From a virus (taxonomy: Duplodnaviria > Caudoviricetes), in IMG/VR virus record IMGVR_UViG_3300037067_013742, positions 64,001-128,000 of that record: a DNA stretch of 64,000 nucleotides. One strand, written 5' to 3'. Numbering within the stretch: the first letter of the stretch is position 1; every line of letters starts with the position of its first letter. Shown in pieces: positions 26,714 through 35,990 of the stretch. A model generated the notes under the pieces. That model was not told the origin of the DNA. It saw only the letters and a list, made by a program, of their open reading frames with translations, and did no database searches. Made by a program: the position numbers and the translations under genes.

Positions 26714-29074
26714 ATGGCTATCGACTTCCCACCCCAAATGGGCAGAATCATTTACGAATACGACTATTTTTGTATGGCAAAAGATACCCCTATCTTGTGT
26801 AGGGGGCAAGATGGTCAGATATCATTAAAACCAGTTCAAGAGATATCTCACGGGGATATGGTTGTCTCTATAAATAAGGAGACTAGTAAGCAAGAGTGGA
26901 AGAGCGTAAGGCTTCATATTAAAGAGACCAATGATTCTATGCTTTCCATTAGGGCGAAGACTCAATTTATTGTTTCTAAAGACCATAAAATGATTCTGCC
27001 AGACCTCTCAGAGGAGAGCGCGGGTAATTTAGAGCGCGGTACTTATCTTCTAGGGGTCTCGAAAATTGAGCTCCCGTCAGATACTGAGCGGCTCGATCTT
27101 TTGAGTTCTATTGGCCCACCTCCCGAATGGGTTGTCGTAGATGAAAACTCTCTTTCTTATCTAAGAAAGAGGGGAAGAGGTAAGGGAAAGCTTTGTATTG
27201 AGGGGAAGATAGATCGCTATACACATCTAACTTATGACTTCGGTCTTTTCCTGGGTCTCTATCTTGCTGAAGGTTCTTGTTTTAAGAATACGACGATCTT
27301 TTCTTTAAGCGAGCACGAACCAGAGCTTTCTAGTTTAATTGAGTTGCTTTCCGAAAAGTGTTTTGGGCTAAGGGCTTTAACAAAAGTTTTTTCGCAATAC
27401 ACAAGGCGTACAGTTTTTATTCATAATAAAATGTTTTCTTACTTGTGGAGGTCTTTAATACCAGGAGATTGTTACTCTAAGAGTCTTCCAGCCTGGGCCT
27501 TTTCTGCGCCAGAAGATTTTAAACTTGGGGTAATTCAAGGATGGTTGCTTGGAGACGGTTCTGTTAGTGATAGGACTGTTTTTGGGAAAACGACAAGTCG
27601 GTTACTTGCTTATGGGATTCATACCCTTGCTCTTTCTCTAGGAATTGAATCTTCCATTTCTCAAGAGAAGAGAGTATTTATTTTAACTTTTTCTACAGCA
27701 CAAAACATTAAGAGGCTTTGTTTAGAAAAGACGGTTTGGAAACATACTCAAAGAGTAGAGGAGATTATCTCTAATGGGTGGGATAACTCCGGAGAATATT
27801 TCAGAGAGAAGTTTTCCCGATTTTATAAATCGGGCATTTCTAAAGATGAGTTTATAAAAGCTTCTCATATCTCAGAGCAGAGAATAAGACGTGAGTTTGG
27901 TTCTTGGGCAGGCTTTTTATACGAGATGGGGGCTGGTGGCTCTGCTCTTAAATGTAGAGGACTAACCAAAGATCAAATCTTAGAGATTGCGCACGAATGG
28001 CTAAAGGGCAACACATTCTCGATTCTTGCTTGGGATAGTGATCCAAGTGCTCCTTCTCAAAGAGCTATTCGGAAGTATTTTTCTGGGGTGGAAGATTTTC
28101 TAGAGCAGGCAAAGGGCTTTATAAAGGCAGAAGTTGCTGAAAACAGCAACAGTCTTATTCCTAAAAAGATAACAAGGTGTGAAGAGGTTAAATATGAAGA
28201 AGATTTTGTTTATGATCTAGAGGTTAAGGACAATCATAACTTCCTTATAGGGGGTGTGGTTTCACATAATTCTGGTAGTCAAGTTATGGTCTATTTTAGT
28301 GATGTTCTAGTAGATGATATCTGTCGTATTGCTTGGGGCGTAACACAGAACAGGCAGCCGATTTATGGGTATGCCTCTCAATACTTTGCTGCATTAGCAG
28401 CTGGGGTTGTAATTGGTGGTGGCTCTTTTTGGATAGCATTTAAAGAAGCTGCTTATATCCCAGCTATTCTAAATTATATTGGCTCTAGGCTAACTGGTGG
28501 AGAAGACGACATTTATCCATCTCCAGCAATACGGCCGTCGAATGCTCAAAGGGTTACGGCAAACCTTGTTGGTAGTGCCCAGATTTTTGAGGGCACATTT
28601 GGAGAGGGTGGAGTAAGGCAATCTGGTTCGATTACTAGGGCTAATATAGAAACAACCCTTAATGCAAATAACCAGAACCCAGATGATGCTGAAACGCAAG
28701 CTAGGCTAATGCAATACGCGGCCAATATAGCCGCTCTTCCTGATCGGGAATTTGAAGATATGGCTGAGTTCTTTGAAGATGCTGTTTGGTATGGGGGTGG
28801 TTCTAACGCAGAGGGGATGGGAAGAAGAGAAGCCGCAAGTGGCAACTGGACTGGAGGAGCTGACGAGAATTCTCTAATGCTTCATAGGCGGGCAGATCAA
28901 TATCCTCCATTTGACATAATCATAGCTTTCGGTGATATAAATAATGCTGCTTCAAATCATACTGTGGTTAGGCTTAACGATGTTACTATTACTGACACAA
29001 AGTTTGTGGGAATAGAAACCTCTGGAGACCCAATCGCTGTACAGTATGATTTCATTTTCAGAAACCATATGTAG
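26714..29074 (+). CDS. Tail tube paralogue 3, intein-containing (286-aa spliced product)
   Basis: The spliced sequence restores YF-SG; PIYGY, GVVIGGGSF and DQYPPFDI match the tube family. Confidence 0.75.
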   Translation: MAIDFPPQMGRIIYEYDYFCMAKDTPILCRGQDGQISLKPVQEISHGDMVVSINKETSKQEWKSVRLHIKETNDSMLSIRAKTQFIVSKDHKMILPDLSEESAGNLERGTYLLGVSKIELPSDTERLDLLSSIGPPPEWVVVDENSLSYLRKRGRGKGKLCIEGKIDRYTHLTYDFGLFLGLYLAEGSCFKNTTIFSLSEHEPELSSLIELLSEKCFGLRALTKVFSQYTRRTVFIHNKMFSYLWRSLIPGDCYSKSLPAWAFSAPEDFKLGVIQGWLLGDGSVSDRTVFGKTTSRLLAYGIHTLALSLGIESSISQEKRVFILTFSTAQNIKRLCLEKTVWKHTQRVEEIISNGWDNSGEYFREKFSRFYKSGISKDEFIKASHISEQRIRREFGSWAGFLYEMGAGGSALKCRGLTKDQILEIAHEWLKGNTFSILAWDSDPSAPSQRAIRKYFSGVEDFLEQAKGFIKAEVAENSNSLIPKKITRCEEVKYEEDFVYDLEVKDNHNFLIGGVVSHNSGSQVMVYFSDVLVDDICRIAWGVTQNRQPIYGYASQYFAALAAGVVIGGGSFWIAFKEAAYIPAILNYIGSRLTGGEDDIYPSPAIRPSNAQRVTANLVGSAQIFEGTFGEGGVRQSGSITRANIETTLNANNQNPDDAETQARLMQYAANIAALPDREFEDMAEFFEDAVWYGGGSNAEGMGRREAASGNWTGGADENSLMLHRRADQYPPFDIIIAFGDINNAASNHTVVRLNDVTITDTKFVGIETSGDPIAVQYDFIFRNHM
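26771..28270 (+). mobile_element. Intein with LAGLIDADG endonuclease and two homing-endonuclease-associated repeats (500 aa)
   Basis: YF|CMAKDT...VVSHN|SG junctions; LGLYLAEG and IQGWLLGDG; block F VYDLEV..NHNF; repeats RREFGSW and RKYFSG. Confidence 0.93.
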
Positions 29075-29078
29075 TGTG

Positions 29079-29087
29079 TGCTATAGT
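29079..29087 (+). promoter_or_regulatory. Extended -10 promoter (TGcTATAGT) for the chaperone genes
   Basis: Near-consensus extended -10 in a 36-nt gap; SD AGGAG at 29096-29100. Confidence 0.6.
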
Positions 29088-29110
29088 CTAGCCTTAGGAG
29101 ATTAAGACAA

Positions 29111-29689
29111 ATGGGTGAGTTTGGAACTATCGATGGCGAGCGTGATATTCCGATGGACGACGAAGCTCTAAAGGATATGCTTTCACGTCGGCCTGGATCT
29201 TCTGTAGAGATCGAGAGAGAGGCTCCTCCAGAAATGCCCGTGATCCCTTCTCAGGGAAAGGCAAAGGCCGTAACCCTCCCCCAAGAGAACGAGGGTCCAG
29301 ATAAGGAAATGAAGTCAACAATGCGACTTCCGCCAGAGGATGTTCGTAAGAGACTTAAGGCTAAGTATGGTGAGCTGAAGGTTGTACCAATTCCATATCT
29401 TTCTGGGGATGACGGAGTTCAGTGCTTCGTTATGAAGACTCTTATGCGGAGTGAGTGGCGTGCTGCAGAAGAGTTCGCGGCTAAGACAGCAGAGAGCAAG
29501 CCTGGCGTATCTCCACAAGAGATTCTTGAGGAGAAGGTTGTAGCTAGGGCTATCGTATGGCCTGAATTTCCAGAGAGTGAGTTTCCAGCTCAGCCGGCCG
29601 GTCTAATTACAACCCTATTTGGTATTGCTCAGCAGATGGCCTGCTTCTTTAACCCAGAAGCAATTATGCAGCTTACCTTCTCTCTGTAG
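29111..29689 (+). CDS. Putative tail assembly chaperone 1
   Basis: Between tube and tape-measure genes; LKAKYG..FVMKTLMRSEW..PAGLITTL. Confidence 0.7.
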   Translation: MGEFGTIDGERDIPMDDEALKDMLSRRPGSSVEIEREAPPEMPVIPSQGKAKAVTLPQENEGPDKEMKSTMRLPPEDVRKRLKAKYGELKVVPIPYLSGDDGVQCFVMKTLMRSEWRAAEEFAAKTAESKPGVSPQEILEEKVVARAIVWPEFPESEFPAQPAGLITTLFGIAQQMACFFNPEAIMQLTFSL

Positions 29690-29694
29690 GCTTT

Positions 29695-30372
29695 ATGGAC
29701 CTTGTCGAGCTTAAGAAAAAGTATCGGCAAATATTCTTCCTAAAGCTTGCCGGAACTCAGATAACCTTTCGTCTTCCAACCTGGCGAGAGCACGATATTT
29801 ATGAAAAGGTATTCACCTTTTCTAAAGAGCCAAGGGGTCAGATTGAGGACAAGCTTTTTCGAGAGCTATGTCTCGATCCTATTCTCGTAGATGAGATGAA
29901 TAATCTTCCGGCCGGTATCGTTCCAACGGTCGTTGGGGTTGCCATTCTTCTTTCAGGCAACAACCTCTCAGATCAAGATAAGATAGACAGACTTAATACT
30001 GATCTAGAACTCATAAGAAATGGCGTTAACTCTAATCCATATGAATTTCTTATCATTACAATATGTAAAGCTTTTCCTAGCTTTAAGCCTTCTGAAGTAG
30101 AAGATCTTTCTTATTGGGAAGTTCTTCGGCTATCCGCTATGGCTGAGCAGGTTTTGGCTTTAGAAACACCAATCAAGTTTGTTACAGATAAGAAGCCCAA
30201 GAGTCTTACCGATAAGCTTTTTGAAGATGCCGCGGCAGCAGAAAAGGCCGATTCCGTAGAACGTCCAAAACCAGATAGGCAGCAGGATGCTCGTCGTCCA
30301 GTAACTCCCGAGCAAGTAAGACAAGCTGAGATGATAAGAAGGATTCAGGAAAAGAATCGTAGTGGCCGATAA
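29695..30372 (+). CDS. Putative tail assembly chaperone 2 (paralogue)
   Basis: LKKKY..ITFRLPTWREH..LPAGIVPTV parallels chaperone 1; PSEVEDLSYWE resembles GT-type chaperone C-termini. Confidence 0.7.
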   Translation: MDLVELKKKYRQIFFLKLAGTQITFRLPTWREHDIYEKVFTFSKEPRGQIEDKLFRELCLDPILVDEMNNLPAGIVPTVVGVAILLSGNNLSDQDKIDRLNTDLELIRNGVNSNPYEFLIITICKAFPSFKPSEVEDLSYWEVLRLSAMAEQVLALETPIKFVTDKKPKSLTDKLFEDAAAAEKADSVERPKPDRQQDARRPVTPEQVRQAEMIRRIQEKNRSGR

Positions 30373-30385
30373 CTCTCTCCTATAG

Positions 30386-30397
30386 TATCCTGACCTT
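30386..30397 (+). promoter_or_regulatory. Putative -10 (TATCCT), predicted leaderless GTG start
   Basis: TATCCT at 30386-30391 ends 6 nt before GTG 30398; no SD; -35 weak. Confidence 0.45.
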
Positions 30398-33300
30398 GTG
30401 GCATATTCCCGCGAAGAATTTAATAGCTATGTAGAAAATGACCTCACCCAAAAGAAGAGTCGTTTTCCCTGGGGTCCAGCTTTAGGTATTGGTATTCCAG
30501 TTGGTGGCTTTCTCATTGGTTCAATGAGAACCAAGTCCGGGGGAAGGGTTTGGGACCACTTCTATAAAGGCCTACAGCACCTTGAAGGTGCTATGCCTAT
30601 GGGCTTTGCGGCAACCTTCCATGGCTCTGAGTTTATGTCTCCCCTGGCCGCGCCGAAATCTTTTCATCTCTCTCCAGAAGATCACCCAGAGCTCTTTAAA
30701 AGTAAGAAGTTTCGCTATTACCTTTCTGAGGTAACTGGCAAAAGAGTTAGCGAACTTAAAAAGCTTGGGGTTTTCGAGAAAGGAGTTAGTTGGAATCAAG
30801 GGTCTGGATACCTTGGAGATCTTAGTGTTACTGGTGGCCCGACTATTGGGACAAACGTCGCCGCCTTATCTACCGGACCAAGACGTAAAGGAACCGCTCT
30901 TGAATGGTTTGCTAGAGTTTCTGGACTAGATGACGCTTCCTTCTTTACTAACCTAGACGAGAAGAAGGGGCTTCGTCCAGCCTGGATGCCTGCTGGTGCT
31001 GGTGGATCAAAAGGAAAACTAGCAGGTAGATACGCAAACTCGGTCTTCTCATGGGCAATGGGAAGAATGAACCTCTTGCTTACATCTCCATTTGACCTGG
31101 AGGTAATGCAAGAGTTTGTTAGTAAGGTTCCACTTCTTCGAAAGCTAAATCTTGGTGTTAAGCCTGGTACTGGCGCCCAAATGTTGTGGCGCTATACCAA
31201 GAAGGCTGGCGTTGCTCTTGGTGCTTATCATCTTCTTAAGTACGGTGACTATCTAGCTAGAGAGCACGGAACTCCTGCTGCTGTTGCTGTTGGAGCTGCA
31301 GTAGGTGCTGGCGCTGGGCTAGCAATAGGTCTCAGAGCAGCTAAAGGAAGGCCCGGACGTTATGCCTTAATCGGGGCTGGAGTTGGAGCTGCATTAGGTT
31401 TAGGCCCCTTCCGTCATGGTCCAATAAGTGGTCTAGCCGAGCTTTATGCTGGAGTACAAACAAACCGAGCCGGGGTTTCTACTGGACTTGGTTTTAGTGA
31501 GGGGAAAAGAAAGACAGAAGATTATTTCCCCGGACTAACCAAACCAACAACTCTAGTTGGAATGGCCGCGATGGGATTAGTTCTAGGAGGTGCCTGGAAC
31601 TGGTCTCAGAAGATGACTCTAGTCAAAGAGTTATCTGGTAAAGGAATTCCTCCAGGTAGTGGTGGGGCTCCAGGAAAAGGCGCTGTTAAAGGCGTCTACG
31701 AGCTTGCTGATAAGCAGATAGCAGATAAGGCAGAGGCAATCCATGATTCCCTAAAAGCCATTGCTGATAAGCAAAAGGGAGTCTCTAAGATAGTTACCCA
31801 GATTCGCCAGAGAATGGCTGGGACTCGGAAGGGTAAAGAGTTTAGTGCTGCTGGCGCTGGCAAATACGCGGCCGTTGGAGCTGGCATATATACAGCTGCA
31901 GCTGTTGTAGGGAGCGCTGTTGCTGGTGATTATGCTGGTGCTGCTTTGCAGACAGTTGCAAGCGTTGGGGCTGCGGTTGCTTATGCTAAGAAGGGTCCTA
32001 CACTAGCTCTTGCAATTCTTGCCCTGCCATTCTTGCGGACTAAGGAAAGCCCAGAAGAGTTAAAGAGAGTCTATAGTGGTGAAGAACAAGTTGCTGTTCG
32101 TTCTGGCCGTTGGTGGGAAGCTGGTCGTACTCCATACGAAGGAGGAAGAGCCTACTATCGTCCGCATAGAGTAGCAATGATGCGTTCGGGTTCTCACGAA
32201 GCTGCCCTTTATGGCTCAGAGAGTAAGTATTGGGAGACCGATCCCGTACTCCATCCACTAAGATTCTTATTTAATCCTTATGAACGAGAGAACCTTATGT
32301 GGGAGCAGGGCTATAAATATCCTGTTTCCAAGACTCCATTTGAAGACTTTCCAGTACTCGGTCCTGTTATGGCCGCAACTATAGGAAGGATTATTAAACC
32401 ACCTCGCTTTCAGGGTAGGAACCAGTGGCTACCAGAAGAATTAGAAGAGGGCCCGAGAGGAATGAGGGAGACTCCTGGAGATGAACCAATTCAAAGAGTT
32501 GGTTTAAGGGGAACTATCTCTGAACAGTTTTATCGGTTGACTGAGTTAGCTGGTTTACCGGGCTTTGCACTAAGTGCAGTTAAAGGAAAGGTTACTGGTT
32601 CTGAAGGTTTCTTCGAAGGACGAAGATGGGCAACTGCTTCTCAGGTATCAGGAGTTCAACCGGCTTATTGGTCTCTAGATATAGGCGGTGCTGCTCTACT
32701 GTGTATTGAAGAGAACGCTATTGTTCAAACTGGCAGAGGATGCATTCCAATAAGAGACGTTGTTATTGGAGATACCGTTACTTCTCGTAATGGTGAAATG
32801 CAGAAAGTCTGCAATATTTCATCCAGACCAGAAAATGATCTTGTAGCTCTAAAGATTAGTGGGCTTGGAGTAGAGTTAAAAGCTACTACAAACCACGTCC
32901 TCCCAGTTTTCAAAGGCTCTATATGTCATTCCCATAATAGTAGGAAGTGCATCCCAAAGAGGGCAAAGCGTTGTGATACTTGCTCAAGAAGAAATCTTTC
33001 GATTCAAGCAATCGATTGTCAAGTTGGAGAGGTTGCTAAAGGGGACTTTGTAGAAGTTCCGTTACCAAGAGATATATATGGAAGCCCTATTTTTGATCTT
33101 AGTTCAGCTAAGGGCTGGTCAGCAGTAACCGAAAAATATGTATATCCCTGCGCGAGCTTTTCATATGCTTTTGCTTGGGAGCTATTGGAGAGAAATCAGT
33201 ATCTAAGCCGGAAGGAGCTTAGAGACTTAGGAATTTCAGATAGTATCGCCAAAGAAGTCCTTTCCGAATTTCGCAATGGGAGCAGTATAAGGAGATGTGA

Positions 33301-35965
33301 ACGTTGGATAAAAGTTAATGAAGATTTGGCATATTTCTTAGGTTGGTATACGGCAGAAGGATATATAAACAACTCTTCCGTATGCTTAGCTCTTCACTTA
33401 AAAGAACACGATATTGCCTGCAGTCTTGGAGAGATTGCTCATAAGTACTTTGGCGCTAGCTACGGCATTTATAAGAATGGGGATAATGGTATTCGGCTTA
33501 GCATTCCTTCTTTTGGGCTTGCGGCCTTTTGTTCAGTTGTTGCTCCTGGAACTGCCATAAACAAGGAGCTTTCTACTATTCTTATGAACTCGTCTCTTAG
33601 TATTAGGGCCTCTTTTCTTCGTGGTTATATGTTGGGTGATGGCTTTATTAGTAGTAATAAATCTAAAGCTGGTATTTCAACATCTAGCCGAATATTGGCT
33701 TCGCAAGCTTTGCTTATCGGACTCTCTCTCGGATTTCATGGTCACTCAACTCTCGACTATTTGGAAGAGGGGGGTGGACTCTACCCTCAAGGGGGCACTA
33801 GAAAAGATACAATACGGTCTTATGTTGTATGGGCGCGAGAAACAGTTAAGTTACTTCCGGAGTTTTTGTCTGGTGATCTGCAAAAGCTTCCAGAGCATGG
33901 GAATAAGTATTCGAGCTTTATTATAGGAGATAAGGCTTATTTCCAGGTTAGTGACATTTCTCATATTCATGGGCAATTTAGGGTCTGCGATCTTGAGATT
34001 GAGAATCTTCATTATTTTACTGCTGAGTTTATAACGGTTCATAACTCAGAATCCGTCCGACGTTACATTCCAAATAGGCGTTCTAGTATAGAAGAGTACA
34101 ACCCTCTTTCATCAGGTCTTCCTAGCTGGCTACCTGGCCCGGATTCTCAGTACTTTCTAGACTTTAGTAAGGCTGACATATACGGAAAGGTAAAAGAGCC
34201 TTGGGCTCGTCTTCCAGGTCCAGGTTATTCACAGCTTCACCCAGAGCTAAAGGGCGTAGATCCAGAGCAATACTCACCCTATCATCGATACCGCGTGCTA
34301 GCTGACGTAGCACCATGGAGCCGTGAGTATGGTGCCTATAACCGAGTAATGTCCAAGTATATGGGAGAAGGTCGGCTTACTCCCGAGCAGATGCTTGAGA
34401 TCCAGGCAACTAGGAAGAGAGTTCTAGAGGTAAAGAAGGCAAGAGATTTCCAGCCTTATATGTACGATAGTGACGCAATCCAGAAGATGACTGTTCGTGT
34501 TACTGGTGAGCTCGAGCCTGGCGTCTATACAACAAATGCTTTTGGTGAGGCTCCAATCGTTATGGCAGGGGTAAACACCTCTGAGCTTTCTCTTGCCTCA
34601 GTTGCTCGCCAAAGAGGAAGTGCTGCTAATGCTCAAGCAGCTATAAGGCAGGGCGCAGCAAAACGAGTAGAGCTTTCTGACTATCTAAGATCTTATATTC
34701 ATCCTGGTGCTGAGGTCGATATCTTTGTCCATAAAGATCCGTCTCTTATGATGGAGTATAGCGACGAAGGTAAACCTCAAGTACAAGCCATCATCTCTGC
34801 TGCCGGAAGAAATATAAACCGTGAGCTTTTAGAAAGGGGCTTAGCTCAAGCAGCGGAAACTAGCGTAACTCTTGACGCAAAGATGGCTGTTGGTCCAGTA
34901 GAGAGAGGTTTCGGCGCAGTCTGGGAGAGGTTTACTCATGGCGCAGAAACTCCTATGGAGAGTTTTACTCCCCTTGCTCCCATAGCTAAGTTTGTTCACC
35001 AGAGATCTGCTCTAGAAGAATATCAGCGTACCGAAGTTTATGGAAAAGACGTAGCTCTCTGGCAGACTCCCGTGAAGAGCTTCTTAGCTCCAGGTTTCTC
35101 TACTATGGCTCATTGGGCTGGTTGGAGAGGCTTACCAGGAGAGGTTCGAGAGCGATATATGGTTGAAGAGTATTTTGATCGCCTCGAATATATGAAATAC
35201 AAACGGCTTGAGTCTGAGGCAAGAGCAAGAGGTGAGGGTCAGGTTGCTGCTCAATATTCAACTCAGTTAGCCAGAACTAAGGTAGGGGCAGATCTTTATA
35301 GCAAGTGGGGACCTCTAATGGCTCTCTCCACAAAAGAGAAGTCATATTTTAGAGAGTTTGTTGAAGCGCCTACTGCTGCAGAGAGGAGAGAAATTTCCCG
35401 TATTGTATCTCCTCAAATGAGAGAGATTCTACATGCTCAGTGGGGGCAGAGAGCTGCTGATGCAGCTAGGGCTAGAATGGAAGCAGGAGCACCACAAGAG
35501 GGTGGAGACCTTGCTTCTATAAACCGCTTTTATGCAATGCAGCGGTCTTCTGAAGCAAGGCAAAGAGCTATTCAACAATCTAACAGCGAGATGCCAGTTC
35601 CCGCCCCTTCTTGGATTGGCTGGGATCCTAAAGCTGAGATGGAAGACTATAAAGTAAAGACCGTTATGGAACAGGGTCTCAACCCTGTTAGTTTTGGTAT
35701 TTGGGGAGGGGACTTGGCTCGTGTTGCTAGACGGCCATGGACTCATCCAATCTCTGTTGCAGTTCAGGGCGAGGCTAATGAAATGGTTTCTCCCGGCGCG
35801 TTAAGAAGCAGCTTTAATATAAGAATGGGAAGAGCGGGGCATAGACCCCCAAGTGCCTTTCTTTCTAGCGCGGGAGATAATGATATAGAAGTTCGATCTC
35901 CTGGTTATGACAGACTAAATCGCTATGCTGGTCCCCGTGGCGATGATACGATTATGCAATTCTAA
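30398..35965 (+). CDS. Tape-measure-like protein with glycine-rich TM segments, an intein and a degenerate thermonuclease-like domain (1407 aa spliced)
   Basis: Directly after the chaperones; several Gly/Ala hydrophobic hairpins; IVMAGVNT...NINRELLERGLA resembles the SNase fold. Confidence 0.7.
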   Translation: MAYSREEFNSYVENDLTQKKSRFPWGPALGIGIPVGGFLIGSMRTKSGGRVWDHFYKGLQHLEGAMPMGFAATFHGSEFMSPLAAPKSFHLSPEDHPELFKSKKFRYYLSEVTGKRVSELKKLGVFEKGVSWNQGSGYLGDLSVTGGPTIGTNVAALSTGPRRKGTALEWFARVSGLDDASFFTNLDEKKGLRPAWMPAGAGGSKGKLAGRYANSVFSWAMGRMNLLLTSPFDLEVMQEFVSKVPLLRKLNLGVKPGTGAQMLWRYTKKAGVALGAYHLLKYGDYLAREHGTPAAVAVGAAVGAGAGLAIGLRAAKGRPGRYALIGAGVGAALGLGPFRHGPISGLAELYAGVQTNRAGVSTGLGFSEGKRKTEDYFPGLTKPTTLVGMAAMGLVLGGAWNWSQKMTLVKELSGKGIPPGSGGAPGKGAVKGVYELADKQIADKAEAIHDSLKAIADKQKGVSKIVTQIRQRMAGTRKGKEFSAAGAGKYAAVGAGIYTAAAVVGSAVAGDYAGAALQTVASVGAAVAYAKKGPTLALAILALPFLRTKESPEELKRVYSGEEQVAVRSGRWWEAGRTPYEGGRAYYRPHRVAMMRSGSHEAALYGSESKYWETDPVLHPLRFLFNPYERENLMWEQGYKYPVSKTPFEDFPVLGPVMAATIGRIIKPPRFQGRNQWLPEELEEGPRGMRETPGDEPIQRVGLRGTISEQFYRLTELAGLPGFALSAVKGKVTGSEGFFEGRRWATASQVSGVQPAYWSLDIGGAALLCIEENAIVQTGRGCIPIRDVVIGDTVTSRNGEMQKVCNISSRPENDLVALKISGLGVELKATTNHVLPVFKGSICHSHNSRKCIPKRAKRCDTCSRRNLSIQAIDCQVGEVAKGDFVEVPLPRDIYGSPIFDLSSAKGWSAVTEKYVYPCASFSYAFAWELLERNQYLSRKELRDLGISDSIAKEVLSEFRNGSSIRRCERWIKVNEDLAYFLGWYTAEGYINNSSVCLALHLKEHDIACSLGEIAHKYFGASYGIYKNGDNGIRLSIPSFGLAAFCSVVAPGTAINKELSTILMNSSLSIRASFLRGYMLGDGFISSNKSKAGISTSSRILASQALLIGLSLGFHGHSTLDYLEEGGGLYPQGGTRKDTIRSYVVWARETVKLLPEFLSGDLQKLPEHGNKYSSFIIGDKAYFQVSDISHIHGQFRVCDLEIENLHYFTAEFITVHNSESVRRYIPNRRSSIEEYNPLSSGLPSWLPGPDSQYFLDFSKADIYGKVKEPWARLPGPGYSQLHPELKGVDPEQYSPYHRYRVLADVAPWSREYGAYNRVMSKYMGEGRLTPEQMLEIQATRKRVLEVKKARDFQPYMYDSDAIQKMTVRVTGELEPGVYTTNAFGEAPIVMAGVNTSELSLASVARQRGSAANAQAAIRQGAAKRVELSDYLRSYIHPGAEVDIFVHKDPSLMMEYSDEGKPQVQAIISAAGRNINRELLERGLAQAAETSVTLDAKMAVGPVERGFGAVWERFTHGAETPMESFTPLAPIAKFVHQRSALEEYQRTEVYGKDVALWQTPVKSFLAPGFSTMAHWAGWRGLPGEVRERYMVEEYFDRLEYMKYKRLESEARARGEGQVAAQYSTQLARTKVGADLYSKWGPLMALSTKEKSYFREFVEAPTAAERREISRIVSPQMREILHAQWGQRAADAARARMEAGAPQEGGDLASINRFYAMQRSSEARQRAIQQSNSEMPVPAPSWIGWDPKAEMEDYKVKTVMEQGLNPVSFGIWGGDLARVARRPWTHPISVAVQGEANEMVSPGALRSSFNIRMGRAGHRPPSAFLSSAGDNDIEVRSPGYDRLNRYAGPRGDDTIMQF
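32702..34045 (+). mobile_element. Intein with LAGLIDADG endonuclease (448 aa) in the tape-measure-like gene
   Basis: LL|CIEENA...TVHN|SE junctions; block B ATTNHVL; LGWYTAEG and LRGYMLGDG; block F VCDLEI..LHYF. Confidence 0.93.
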
Positions 35966-35972
35966 AGTATCG

Positions 35973-35981
35973 TGTTAGGTT
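35973..35981 (+). promoter_or_regulatory. Putative extended -10 (TGtTAGGTT), leaderless or near-leaderless
   Basis: Ends 9 nt before ATG 35991; no SD in the 25-nt gap. Confidence 0.35.
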
Positions 35982-35990
35982 TATTACAAT

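Noticed and set aside
29600-29700. Programmed -1 frameshift between the tail chaperones
   Set aside because: No canonical slippery heptamer was seen near the end of the first ORF, and the second ORF is a full paralogue with its own ATG.
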